Source: a virus (Duplodnaviria > Caudoviricetes). Taken from it: 64,000 bases of DNA. This document shows positions 10,401 through 18,951 of the stretch, one piece after another. The stretch is from the IMG/VR virus record IMGVR_UViG_3300010429_000387, positions 256,001-320,000 of that record, one strand, 5' to 3'. The position numbers and the translations under genes were made by a program. Within the stretch, counting starts at the first letter, position 1; each line of letters begins with the position of its first letter. The notes under the pieces are model-generated. The model saw only the letters and a program-made list of their open reading frames with translations. It did not search any database and was not told where the DNA came from.

Positions 10401-10558
10401 GGCAGGTTGCATCTGTGTGCATCGAGAGCCATGACCCAGAGGGTCGGCTCCTTCAACTCTACGACCAGAGCAACAATGAGATCCTGATCGACCCGTCGCA
10501 AGGAATCCGAATAAATCCGGATACTTTCAAGGTTCTCATGAGGAGTAAGAACCTGTGA
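7427..10558 (+). CDS. polA: Family A DNA polymerase with 3'-5' exonuclease
   Basis: ExoI DLETEG, ExoII HAKFD, ExoIII YACSDA, TGRF, motif A DFAGEELR, motif B RQMGKSANFSLVYG, motif C VHDEIVFE. Confidence 0.95.
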   Translation: MPLSDFLSVGEVLGISEWLQGEEIVPLSLSSVLAKLPLQEQVPTLPSPSEDDDDLALILGQIENPSAQSPTPETEPATAEEDLPLPVDEPQVLQAVPYRNLEEDDDDEPVMTPEAIMESQGTQKEGGAADIVRAWMLYHEFVVVTSVEQLDQIVTEAIKAGRCALDLETEGLDNRIYYRDPNEIRGPIEEYWEDIRPPSVPQTVHKIVGYCLCYDGHTGYYVPVRHSGEDSAKENIDPIEAGKIIKKLCLAAQPVLSPEGAKVDPLASPIFQKPPRVKIYFHHAKFDQEFLFPVTGIDYWHPDSFEDSLLIYYCIFTGDKGLGLKHKSEEKLVVLDKNGTPVRGHILKDHKNPLQEIVKEDPKGGTIPYKMIELKELFLRGRKIDFASLSPEEARRYACSDAICTFLHCDNPVLLSTIRDKKYANTYRLEKQVAQVLRWMERHRIKIDHEYVRSLFTEARAEADGYRQQILELANQMGWANFDPNSTQQLSEFLFNHPSGLNIEPKPDKNEKSGQYKTDADTLEKLVEDHPDINSVLLTIVKYRQVEKVIGTYLEGMLNNCDSNSELRYQFKQTGAPTGRFTAPAGDPEHGYGGIPIHGIPATYDEKKPKVATALRRAFVARDGYTMVKVDFAGEELRIVTNLSKEPVWIKEFNEGTGDLHTITAKAFFGPEITKQQRQMGKSANFSLVYGGGTMAIMRATKCTQQEAARRKANFDKSLPQFAEWVKAQKQKVKKDCGVFTAFGRWMAVPDANSPDKAIAAACERYSLNYPIQGSGADIMKIAMVLLYKEFWRRGWVQNATARFMLTVHDEIVFEVKHEALMEVMPVIEHLMTAPGRMAVPKWDVQLEVEPLLDLHWDPKYDYHKIMKGYIPEKGKKPGKNDIQVGDRWYQPIPKWLEGHITPDYMRSGEKPAPQLPSDPVAPPVQVPTQAPETPKEATPKAPPAPTSVAPSAPVQAQPARPSQVPPKTNGNGKRVDVFSYGLNLLTSDTVRQVASVCIESHDPEGRLLQLYDQSNNEILIDPSQGIRINPDTFKVLMRSKNL

Positions 10559-11205
10559 ACCCTACGAATCGGAGAGACTGCCTTCGGGAGTGCAACAACC
10601 AGGGGGTACCCCTGGAGGACTTCCGCCTAGCCTTCTGCGTTCGGTGCTTGCAGCCAGAGTGTACTCGAAGTACCTATGGCTCCAGCAAGTTCGACCAACG
10701 GACCCAGACCTGGGTGGAGAGGCTTTTCACCCAGGTACCCAGGATGGACCCGACCGACCCCCGGTTCCAGGAAATCTCCGGGCAGGGGTTCAGCACCATC
10801 GATCTTGCTGCCAACCAGGACCCTGGTGGGGGCTCAGCCTGGCTTGACCCTCGGGATCTGAAGCCCGAGAAGACCAGCATCGTGGTCCCCGCTGGCTTCA
10901 TTCCGCCCCCACCAGAAGAGCCCGTCATCCAGGAAGCCCCTGCTTCTGGGCCTCCCGTCGAAGTCGAGGTACCCAAGGTTCAACCGGCCTCAACCGGTAA
11001 AGTGGGGTCGAACCTGCCTCGTGAGGTTCTTCTAATGAATACCGTGGGTCACGAGGGGGCGTACCTTCCAGGGGCACCCTCAAAGCCTGCGGTAGAACCA
11101 GTGAAGAGAGACCCATGGGCAGCCCCGGAACCAGTGGGGCCAAACGAGGTAATCGTTAAAAGAGGGGCCACCGTTCGATTTGGCGGTGGGTCCGGTGTAA
11201 AGTAG
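10555..11205 (+). CDS. Hypothetical protein (Cys-rich N-terminus, Pro-rich C-terminus)
   Basis: GTGA overlap with the polA stop; phage-like codon usage. Confidence 0.7.
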   Translation: MNPTNRRDCLRECNNQGVPLEDFRLAFCVRCLQPECTRSTYGSSKFDQRTQTWVERLFTQVPRMDPTDPRFQEISGQGFSTIDLAANQDPGGGSAWLDPRDLKPEKTSIVVPAGFIPPPPEEPVIQEAPASGPPVEVEVPKVQPASTGKVGSNLPREVLLMNTVGHEGAYLPGAPSKPAVEPVKRDPWAAPEPVGPNEVIVKRGATVRFGGGSGVK

Positions 11206-11237
11206 GAAGCAACCCTGAGCGCAACGGAGAACCACTC

Positions 11238-11414
11238 ATGAGTCTCGAATACGATGCCATCATCTACCCGAACGGAAAGCTCGTCACCGAGGTGACCCAG
11301 CATGACGGAAACTGCTCCGAGATCGAGAAGATCGTGTCTCGGATGGGCACCGTCGAATCGGATGAACGCACCGGGGATGACTGCCAGCCCGTTCACGAGA
11401 CGGTCAACGGCTGA
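11238..11414 (+). CDS. DUF2997-like small protein (58 aa, MSLEYDAIIYPNGKLVTEVTQHDGNCSEIE...), missed by the ORF track
   Basis: GGAG RBS; I-x-P-N-G-x-L-x-x-E-V...G-x-C pattern; adjacent to a DUF1257-like gene and an AAA+ gene. Confidence 0.7.
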   Translation: MSLEYDAIIYPNGKLVTEVTQHDGNCSEIEKIVSRMGTVESDERTGDDCQPVHETVNG

Positions 11415-11449
11415 CCGGTGTAGGACTACAGAACGAGAGAGAGGAACCC

Positions 11450-11791
11450 ATGTCCCATCGACACACCATCAACACTCAGATCACCAACAAGGAGATCGCC
11501 AAGCAGGCACTCCAGGCCGCCAAGGTCGAGTTCCGGGAGCAGGGGGATCAACTCTTTCTGACCTCCGGCAACTACCGTGACACGGTCATCGACACCCGCT
11601 CGGGTCGAGTGACCAGCGGCGACACGGATCATGTCCGTGTCAGTGCAGCCGAGATCGGTGTTCTCCGTCAGCACTACACTGAGGCACTCCACCGACACGA
11701 AGCCATGATCCAGGGAATCGAGATCCAGTCTCGGACCACCAGGGTCATCAACGGTGAGGAGTGCGTCGTTCTTCACTGCCGAATGGCCTGA
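11450..11791 (+). CDS. DUF1257/Ycf35-like protein
   Basis: MSH..I.T.I......AL N-terminus, D.D motif, L.Q.Y; GAGG RBS. Confidence 0.7.
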   Translation: MSHRHTINTQITNKEIAKQALQAAKVEFREQGDQLFLTSGNYRDTVIDTRSGRVTSGDTDHVRVSAAEIGVLRQHYTEALHRHEAMIQGIEIQSRTTRVINGEECVVLHCRMA

Positions 11792-11815
11792 TCTACGCCG
11801 CTAGCCTCTCCTGGG

Positions 11816-11860
11816 AGCCCGTCTTTCTTCTGCGAAGAAAGACGGGCTTTCGGCTTTATT
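11816..11860 (+). terminator. Intrinsic terminator-like hairpin
   Basis: Perfect 15-bp stem AGCCCGTCTTTCTTC-TGC-GAAGAAAGACGGGCT followed by a T-rich tail. Confidence 0.8.
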
Positions 11861-11926
11861 GGGGTGGGGAGTGAGTCACCTTCGGTGTATGATCCACCAG
11901 ACGCTAAAACACGGAGCCCTTGAATC

Positions 11927-13504
11927 ATGTTGACCCCTGAGATGATCCACCACTTGCGCTCCCTCACTCGTCTCGTGTACGTGGTGACGGACGAAGAGGA
12001 CCGCTTCATCGTGGATTTTCACGAGCAGATGAAGAAGCATGAGGACCGGATCTGGGTGTTCAACGCAGCTCTGGGCCTGAAGCGAGTCACCGACCTCATC
12101 AAGGACTGGTCGAGTCGAGCCCATGCTGTGGAGACCTCGGCTGCCCAGATCAACGAAGCCCTCATCCGGGTCTACCAAGACGACCCCAAGGACAAGGAGC
12201 ACTTCTACCTGTTCACGGATCCTGAACGCTGGTTCAAGGATGAACACGTCATTCGTCGGGTGCTCAACATCATCCACCAGCTTCACCAGGACCTCCGGAT
12301 CGTCAAGTGCATGATCTTCGTGGGTCCCCGTCGGGTGATTCCGGAGAAGCTCGCCCGATACTTCGAGGTGGTACAGTGCTCTGGTCTCAGCAAGCAAGAG
12401 ACTACCGAACTGGTCGAGGGCTTCTGCAAGCAACTCCAGACCAAGGTACCCAACAATCCGGAGACCCTGTTCCGTGGGATGACCAGCTACGAAATCGAGC
12501 AAGTCATCACTCAGTCGGTGGTCAAGACCAAGAAGGATGCGGTCAACCCCAAGCGTGTGGACCCCACCTTCGTGGCGGAGTACAAGCGCAACCAGATCCG
12601 AAAGACGGACCTGGTCCAGATCATCGAGACTGAGGGAACCACCTTCGAGTCTGTGGGTGGGGCCGACCGTTTCAAGGAGTGGGTCACTGAGACTACCTCT
12701 TGCTGGTCTGAAGAGGGCCAGCGCTTCGGCCTCAAGCCTCCCAAGGGTGTGCTCCTGGTCGGGGTCTACGGGTGCGGCAAGTCCCTTTCGGCCAAGGCTC
12801 TGGCGGCTGAGTGGAAGCTCCCCCTCGTCCAGTTCGAGATGGGCAAGCTCCGTTCCTCTGGCGTGGGTGATTCCGAAGCCAACCTCTACCGGGCACTCCG
12901 GATCGTTGAGTCGGTCTCCCCTTGCATCATGTGGATCGATGAGGCTGAGAAGAGCCTCTCCGGTGGGCAGTCCTCTGCCCAGTCTGATGCGGGTACCACC
13001 TCCCGTCTCCTCGGGATTCTCTCGACGTGGGCACAGGAGTCCAAGTCTCCCGTCTGCCTGGTCATGACGGCCAACTCCCTGAAGACCCTTCCGGCTGAGA
13101 TGGTCAACCGGATGCCGGAACGCTTTTTCTTCGACATTCCGGATGAGGAGGCTCGCATCGACATCATCAAGATCCAGGCCAAGGCTGTGAGTCAGGATGT
13201 GTCGAACTTCAGCTTGGCTGAGCTTGCAGAGAAGGCCAAGCTCTTGGTCGGCCGTGAGATCGAGCAAGCCATCGCTTCGGCCATGACACGTAGCTTCAAC
13301 GCCAAGAAGCCTGCCTTGGATGAGACAATTCTGGGTGAAGAGTTGACCCGAAAGCCCCGGATCATCAAGACCATGGGTGATGAGATCAAGGAAATCATCG
13401 ACTGGGTTGGGTACGACCCCGAGGTGGATGACGGGATCCGTGCTCGCCTGGCCTCCAAGAACCGTTCGGAGTCCTTCCGGGTGATGGCGGGAGAGGGTGG
13501 CTAA
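11927..13504 (+). CDS. Ycf46-like AAA+ ATPase (degenerate N-terminal AAA module plus active AAA module)
   Basis: PKGVLLVGVYGCGKS, G.SE.N, WIDEAEK, TAN; N-terminal YVVTDEEDR. Confidence 0.88.
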   Translation: MLTPEMIHHLRSLTRLVYVVTDEEDRFIVDFHEQMKKHEDRIWVFNAALGLKRVTDLIKDWSSRAHAVETSAAQINEALIRVYQDDPKDKEHFYLFTDPERWFKDEHVIRRVLNIIHQLHQDLRIVKCMIFVGPRRVIPEKLARYFEVVQCSGLSKQETTELVEGFCKQLQTKVPNNPETLFRGMTSYEIEQVITQSVVKTKKDAVNPKRVDPTFVAEYKRNQIRKTDLVQIIETEGTTFESVGGADRFKEWVTETTSCWSEEGQRFGLKPPKGVLLVGVYGCGKSLSAKALAAEWKLPLVQFEMGKLRSSGVGDSEANLYRALRIVESVSPCIMWIDEAEKSLSGGQSSAQSDAGTTSRLLGILSTWAQESKSPVCLVMTANSLKTLPAEMVNRMPERFFFDIPDEEARIDIIKIQAKAVSQDVSNFSLAELAEKAKLLVGREIEQAIASAMTRSFNAKKPALDETILGEELTRKPRIIKTMGDEIKEIIDWVGYDPEVDDGIRARLASKNRSESFRVMAGEGG

Positions 13505-13536
13505 GGTTCTTCTCAGGTGTCCCCAGAGAGGAACCC

Positions 13537-13794
13537 ATGGGATCACGAAACTGGCAGATCATTCGAGACCTGGAGATTGCTCGTTCTGCTGGGAACGCTG
13601 AGCAAGTTGCGAGGCTTTCCGAGTTGGTCGAGCAATCCCAGCAGGATTGCGACCACCCTGCTGAGTCCAAGAAGGTTGGTACTTGTGCTCAGGACACCGA
13701 GACCAAGAACCGTGGCCTGGTTCGGAAGGGGGACCAGGTAGTTTGGTGTCTTGCTTGTAGCCGAATCCTTCGGCACACCCCAAAAAGGTCTTGA
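13537..13794 (+). CDS. Small hypothetical protein (CxH...CxxC)
   Basis: GAGG RBS and ATG. Confidence 0.65.
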   Translation: MGSRNWQIIRDLEIARSAGNAEQVARLSELVEQSQQDCDHPAESKKVGTCAQDTETKNRGLVRKGDQVVWCLACSRILRHTPKRS

Positions 13795-13795
13795 G

Positions 13796-14998
13796 ATGCC
13801 TTCAGAACTGGTACGACCCGAGAATCAAGCCCAGGCCCTCAGCCGAAAGGTCGAGGTCGAGGTCCTTTCCAGGGCCAATCCGGAAGTGGCCCTCCTCCGT
13901 TTGGCTCGGGTTGTCGTCCAGCAGTCCCCCGAGGTCCGGGCTGTCTTCGATGCCTCCAGAGAAGACAAGTCGATGGGGCGCAAGGGACAGGTCAACCGGA
14001 AGCTCTTGACCGAACGCCTCAAGGATCACTTCCCCTTGGACGAGGGGATCGGTGAGGTTGCCTCCTACCTGGCAGATGAGTACGAGCAAATCGGGGATGG
14101 GATTCTCCTGGTTTCATCCGAGACCGGTCGAGCCATTGCCCGGTTGACTGAAGAGGACTTCTACATGCCCGCCCCGGTACCTAGGGAAAGCGGGAACATG
14201 GTCCAGCCTGGGGTCAAGATCCGCCCCGAGATCGAGGGGTTCATCGTCCACTGGCAGTTCGAGACAACTCGGGAGAGGGAGGTCCGAGAGAGAATGCTCT
14301 CTCGTGTCAACCAAACGGAGCTTCTTCGAGAGGAGGGTGACCGTCGAGTCTTGTCTCTTTCCAGGGGTGGGCGGCGAAACCTTGCAGCTCAAGTCCAAGA
14401 AGCCCTTCCCCAGCTCCTCCAGGGTGCCACGGGTATTGCAGGGGACTTTCTGGTCTTCTTCGCTCCTGGCAAGCCTCCTTCGGGAGAGGGGCTGGACCCC
14501 ATCAAGCTCGAAGCTCGAAGCTCTGTTCGTCGCCCGGTTCAGGATGCGCTGACCTCCAACCTCAAGCACGATGTCCTGGCCTCGACCCTAGCCTCAGTAG
14601 CAACGGGGTGGGTTCGGGACATGGCGGGGCAGCTTCTCACCAGGGGCCGAAGCCGTCTTGGGGATGCTGTGGTTCCGTATATGACCTTGGACATGGTCGT
14701 GGAGAATCGCAAGAGGGGTTTCTGGGTTGCAGAGTCAAGCCTTGCTCTGGCCCTCCAACGCCTCGGGTGCCGGGCTCTCCCCGTTCAGGGTCCGAGCAGC
14801 TTTGCTCTCTTCTTCCGAGGCCCTGTGGGCTTCCTGGAGCTTCCAGAAGGCCAGTCTGGGGTTCACAGCCGAGAGATGCACGACCGATGGACGTTGGAGT
14901 CCATGGTTGAGGCCACCCTCTGGGTGGACTGGGGTAGAATCGAGGTTCTTCCGGTTGGTGGGGTCTTCGACTCAGGGGTGAGCGTTGAGGTGCTCTAA
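13796..14998 (+). CDS. Hypothetical protein
   Basis: About 400-aa ORF; ATG 1 nt after the upstream stop. Confidence 0.75.
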   Translation: MPSELVRPENQAQALSRKVEVEVLSRANPEVALLRLARVVVQQSPEVRAVFDASREDKSMGRKGQVNRKLLTERLKDHFPLDEGIGEVASYLADEYEQIGDGILLVSSETGRAIARLTEEDFYMPAPVPRESGNMVQPGVKIRPEIEGFIVHWQFETTREREVRERMLSRVNQTELLREEGDRRVLSLSRGGRRNLAAQVQEALPQLLQGATGIAGDFLVFFAPGKPPSGEGLDPIKLEARSSVRRPVQDALTSNLKHDVLASTLASVATGWVRDMAGQLLTRGRSRLGDAVVPYMTLDMVVENRKRGFWVAESSLALALQRLGCRALPVQGPSSFALFFRGPVGFLELPEGQSGVHSREMHDRWTLESMVEATLWVDWGRIEVLPVGGVFDSGVSVEVL

Positions 14999-15024
14999 GC
15001 CTTTGATACAGGGGCTAGGGTAAC

Positions 15025-15618
15025 ATGGCGATCACCATCACCTCCATTCGGGCGAACGCTGGGGACAACACTATCGTTCCAAACGGTACTGTCATAATTA
15101 CTGGGACCGGCCTAACGGCAGGGAACATGTACCTCACTTCCGAACTAGGGACGGTGGAGGTGACTGGACTGACCTGGACTGGAACCGATATTCACGGGAA
15201 CCCAGACTCCTTTCCGACCCTTGGGACTCTAGGCAGCCCCGGTCAGCTCATCATCGTGAACGCCTCAGGTGAGACAGCTATCCATGAGGTGACCCTCTTT
15301 TCGACAAGCGCTCCCGAGTCTAGGCACGGGTTTTTCTATGGTAACCTTGTGACAACCACGGGTACGCAGTCCACTCCTCGCTACAACTACCCTACCTATG
15401 GGTCCTACGGGAAAATCGAAACCTTCAACTGGGGTGGCCCGATGGGGGTAGTATTTGCTCAGGTGTTTCAGAATCCAGACGGAACTACAGACGTAGAGTG
15501 GTCGGATGAGGTCAGTGTACCATTGAACCAACTTGCTCGAATCGGAGAGCCAGTAAGGGCGATGTTCAAGTCCCTGGGGATCCTTGGTGTACTGGACCAA
15601 GGTGGGGGTGCATGGTGA
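15025..15618 (+). CDS. Probable virion protein with N-terminal IPT/TIG-like Ig fold
   Basis: ITSI...G.VIITGTGL...WT.T.I pattern; Thr/Gly-rich. Confidence 0.55.
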   Translation: MAITITSIRANAGDNTIVPNGTVIITGTGLTAGNMYLTSELGTVEVTGLTWTGTDIHGNPDSFPTLGTLGSPGQLIIVNASGETAIHEVTLFSTSAPESRHGFFYGNLVTTTGTQSTPRYNYPTYGSYGKIETFNWGGPMGVVFAQVFQNPDGTTDVEWSDEVSVPLNQLARIGEPVRAMFKSLGILGVLDQGGGAW

Positions 15619-15643
15619 ACCAACTCAAAGCCATGGACTACTG

Positions 15644-15988
15644 ATGCCCTTCTACTCCTTCAAGGTTCGGTCCCAAGGGGAGGTGGTTCTACCCACCTAC
15701 ATGCTAGCCCTGGGTGAAGGTGTTGACGTTTTCAACGCAACAGTCAACGATCTTGATGAGTTCAAACAGTCTCTCCTCTTAGAGGGGGTTGAAGTCCTTG
15801 AGGTGAACCAACTCGATGCCTTGGACCAGGTACCGCCAGACCCAGCGGTTCAGGCAGCCCTCTCAGGAAGAATCCCTCCAGAGCTTGTAGCCCTAGGCTA
15901 TGACCCTTTGATCGAGGAGAGCGACCATGGAGCACTGGTTCAACAAGAAGAAGCCCTCCTGGGAAGAGCAGAAGTCCAACCTTCTTGA
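15644..15988 (+). CDS. Hypothetical protein
   Basis: Acidic ORF; ATG start inferred. Confidence 0.55.
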   Translation: MPFYSFKVRSQGEVVLPTYMLALGEGVDVFNATVNDLDEFKQSLLLEGVEVLEVNQLDALDQVPPDPAVQAALSGRIPPELVALGYDPLIEESDHGALVQQEEALLGRAEVQPS

Positions 15989-16172
15989 GACTTTCTTCCG
16001 GGAGCCAAGCTACGTCTTGGTTGGTCCAGTAGCAGTCCACCTTCAGTGTTCCCTCAAAGAAGCAGAAAACGCCCTAGATCAGCTAGTTGAAGAAGGGCAC
16101 ATCAGGTACCTGACCCAGCCTGAGCTGAAAGTGAAGGGGTACTTGCACGGGTACACCAAGAAAACGGTGTAG
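15927..16172 (+). CDS. Small hypothetical protein (winged-HTH-like)
   Basis: GAGGAG RBS; VA.HL.CS..EA...L..LV.EG.I pattern. Confidence 0.6.
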   Translation: MEHWFNKKKPSWEEQKSNLLETFFREPSYVLVGPVAVHLQCSLKEAENALDQLVEEGHIRYLTQPELKVKGYLHGYTKKTV

Positions 16173-16180
16173 ATCCCCGT

Positions 16181-16480
16181 ATGGGGCTCCGGAAGCACAA
16201 GCAAGTCCTCACGCTTTCCCTTCAGCTCTACCAACGGGTGGGCCTTCTGACGGCTGAAGAGGCCGAGGGGTTCCGGCTCATGTACGCACGGGCCAGGACC
16301 CCAGCGGAACAGGAGCAGGTTCGAGCAGCCCTCGACCACCGATTCCACGGATGGAAGACCGAGCAGGACCGGTTCTCGAAGGTCCTTCGTGATGACGTTC
16401 TGGGGGATGACGAGGATGAGGACCCGCCTGAGCTGAGGGAGGCTTTGGAGCGTTCGAGGGTCCGCTTCGGTGTAGGGTGA
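16181..16480 (+). CDS. Hypothetical protein with DRFSKVL tag
   Basis: GGTGTA 9 nt upstream of ATG. Confidence 0.7.
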   Translation: MGLRKHKQVLTLSLQLYQRVGLLTAEEAEGFRLMYARARTPAEQEQVRAALDHRFHGWKTEQDRFSKVLRDDVLGDDEDEDPPELREALERSRVRFGVG

Positions 16481-16485
16481 GGGGC

Positions 16486-17031
16486 ATGGTAAAGCCCCGT
16501 TTTCTTGTGGATGCTGACGAAGTTCTGTTCGACCTCCAAGGTCCTGTTTTGGACATCATGGCGGAGGTGACGGGGCGTCAGTACCGACCCGAAGACTTCG
16601 AGGTCTGGGACCTCTTCTCCGTTCTCACAGAGGTCGAGAAGGCTAGGGTCTTTGACCGGATGGATGCACCTGGTTTCTGTGACTCGCTTCAACCCTTTCC
16701 CGAGGCTGTAGCGGCACTTGAAAGGGTCCGAAGGCACGCTGAGGTGATTGCGGTCACGAGCCCGTATCACGGACCTCTGTGGGTCTACGAACGGAGCAAC
16801 AGTCTCAAGCGGCACTTCGGCTTCGCCAAGAACCAGGTTGTCCACACCTCGGCCAAGTACCTCGTTCGGGGGGCCTTCTTCCTGGATGACAAGCCAGAAC
16901 ACGTCACTTCTTGGGCGGCTGAGAACCCAGAGGGTTGCTCGATGCTCTGGCACACCCCCAACACCAGGACTCTCGGGCTTGACCATCTTCGGGTCTTCTC
17001 CTGGGACCAAGTCCTGGCAAAGGTTGCCTGA
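16486..17031 (+). CDS. HAD-family 5'(3')-deoxyribonucleotidase
   Basis: DADEVLFD motif I, VTSP, K...LDDKP. Confidence 0.85.
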   Translation: MVKPRFLVDADEVLFDLQGPVLDIMAEVTGRQYRPEDFEVWDLFSVLTEVEKARVFDRMDAPGFCDSLQPFPEAVAALERVRRHAEVIAVTSPYHGPLWVYERSNSLKRHFGFAKNQVVHTSAKYLVRGAFFLDDKPEHVTSWAAENPEGCSMLWHTPNTRTLGLDHLRVFSWDQVLAKVA

Positions 17032-17786
17032 TGCCACTCCCCCACATCAGAACAGGCATTGCCGAGCTTGATGTTGCCCTGGGTACCGAGTGTCCAGGGT
17101 TCCCTCGGGGGGCCTTGACCCTTATTTGTGGCGGGGTTGGAACCGGGAAGTCAACTCTGGTCCGGCATCTGGCCCACTATGCAGCAACCATAGGGCACCA
17201 ACGGGTGCTCTTCTGTGATGCTGAGGGGAACCCGCCAGGCCGACATTCAAGTCTCATCCGTGAGGTAGGGGTTGATGGTCCAGTCGATGTTGTTCCAGGT
17301 TCATACACTTCTCCTTTTGATTATCAACAACCAAGTGACCTGGTGGGGCTATTCAATGCCATCCGAGCTTCAGTTCACCTGTATGACCTCATCATAGCGG
17401 ATGCCGTCAGCGTTCTAGGGTTGCCTCCAACTCCAGGGCAGGCTCCACAGATTGCGGCTAGGTCTAGGTTTCTCGGGTCGGCTATTCAGGGGTTGCGGTT
17501 GGAGAACTGTGCCCTGGTGATGGTCTTCCAGAGCCCGAGGAGTGGTCCTTTGGATCGGGGAGTCAACTCCCAACTTGTGACCCACCATGCCCGGCTGATC
17601 CTCGACCTTAGTGGGTTCACCGAAGGGGTGTACTCAGCACACATCGCCAAGGCGACCTGGCCGGTACAGGACGAGGAGTTCGGGTTCCGATATGGGGGTC
17701 CGAGTCAAGTCATTGCCGTCCCAAAGGCCAAGCCCATCGACCGATCCAAAATCCCCACCCGCTTCAACCGAGAGGATCCCCTATGA
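17031..17786 (+). CDS. RecA/RadA/KaiC-superfamily ATPase
   Basis: TG...LD.ALG..GFPRG, Walker A GGVGTGKS, DAEG, Walker B LIIAD; C-terminal TRFNRED tag. Confidence 0.8.
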   Translation: MPLPHIRTGIAELDVALGTECPGFPRGALTLICGGVGTGKSTLVRHLAHYAATIGHQRVLFCDAEGNPPGRHSSLIREVGVDGPVDVVPGSYTSPFDYQQPSDLVGLFNAIRASVHLYDLIIADAVSVLGLPPTPGQAPQIAARSRFLGSAIQGLRLENCALVMVFQSPRSGPLDRGVNSQLVTHHARLILDLSGFTEGVYSAHIAKATWPVQDEEFGFRYGGPSQVIAVPKAKPIDRSKIPTRFNREDPL

Positions 17787-18946
17787 AACAGTACCTCGAC
17801 CTCGTTCGTCACGTCCTTGCCCTGGGTACCAGGAAGGAGAACCGGACAGGCGTTGACACCCTCAGTTGCTTCAACTTCAACTACTCCCACGACATGAGTC
17901 AGGGGTTCCCCCTGCTCACAACCAAGTCGATTTCGTGGAAGAACATCGTCATCGAGAACCTGTGGTTCCTTTCCGGGCAGACCGATATTTCGATTCTCAA
18001 GCGTCATGGCTGCAAGTTCTGGGACCCTTGGGCGGATGAGAACGGCAAGGTCCCGAGCGCCTACGGGAACTTCTGGAGGCACTTCCCGGTTCACGGCTCG
18101 GATATGGTCGAGCAGGACTTCGACCCGGCTGGCCCAAGGGAGGTCCCGGTGGGTTGCTACAACGACCAGATCCGGTGGGTCCTCGAAGAGATGCGTCGGA
18201 ACCCGATGAGCCGACGCATGGTGGTCTCTGCCTGGGCACCAGGGAACGCTCAGACCTCGAAGCTGCCCCCCTGCCACTGCCTGTACGTCTTCAACGTCCA
18301 GATGGATGAGCCGGGCTATGGGGAGGACCCCTGGGAGGCTGTGGCTAGCTCCCACTGTGGGACGGAGCACCTCGGAGTCGTTTGGGCCAAGTCTCAGAAC
18401 GAAGCCTACGAGAAGGCCCTGGCGAAGTTCGGCCCCCAGCCAGAGGGGATGCCTGACGGGGAGAGCATTGATGCCCTGGTGGTCCGGAAGCCCATGGCTC
18501 ACAACGAGGAGCGGTACCGGAAGGAGCGTGGGGACAAGCCCAAGGATCCAGTCAAGAAGCTCTGCCTTCACTTGACCCAGAGAAGCTGTGACATCGCCCT
18601 CGGGGTTCCCTACAACCTGGCTGGGTACGCCTTCTTGCTCCAGCTCTTTGCCCAGATGAGCGGGATCGAGGTGGGGACGTTCGGTCACACCCTCATCGAC
18701 GCTCACATCTACACGGCCAAGCCAGACGGGACCAAGGCTGAGTTCGACCACGTTCCTGGCCTTCGTCAACAGCTTCAGAGGGAGCCCAAGGCGCTCCCAA
18801 AGCTCATTATCGATCCGGCCATCAAGGACCTGACGGACATCGAAGCCCTGATGGACCCCAAGGTCACGACGGAGGAGATCATGAGCCACTTCACTCTGGA
18901 AGGCTACGAACCCCACCCGGCCATCAACTTCAAGGTGGCCGTCTGA
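17783..18946 (+). CDS. thyA: Thymidylate synthase with an insertion of about 84 aa
   Basis: NRTGV, FPLLTTK, SRR, LPPCH, QRSCD..LGVPYN, DAHIY, C-terminal VAV. Confidence 0.95.
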   Translation: MKQYLDLVRHVLALGTRKENRTGVDTLSCFNFNYSHDMSQGFPLLTTKSISWKNIVIENLWFLSGQTDISILKRHGCKFWDPWADENGKVPSAYGNFWRHFPVHGSDMVEQDFDPAGPREVPVGCYNDQIRWVLEEMRRNPMSRRMVVSAWAPGNAQTSKLPPCHCLYVFNVQMDEPGYGEDPWEAVASSHCGTEHLGVVWAKSQNEAYEKALAKFGPQPEGMPDGESIDALVVRKPMAHNEERYRKERGDKPKDPVKKLCLHLTQRSCDIALGVPYNLAGYAFLLQLFAQMSGIEVGTFGHTLIDAHIYTAKPDGTKAEFDHVPGLRQQLQREPKALPKLIIDPAIKDLTDIEALMDPKVTTEEIMSHFTLEGYEPHPAINFKVAV

Positions 18947-18951
18947 GGCAC

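Noticed and set aside
18302-18553. ThyA insert as an intein or group I intron
   Set aside because: No Cys/Ser start or His-Asn end, no stop codons and no intron core visible.
17783-18946. dCMP hydroxymethylase (modified-base system)
   Set aside because: The dUMP-specifying Asn (VPYN) and a nearby DHFR indicate an ordinary ThyA.
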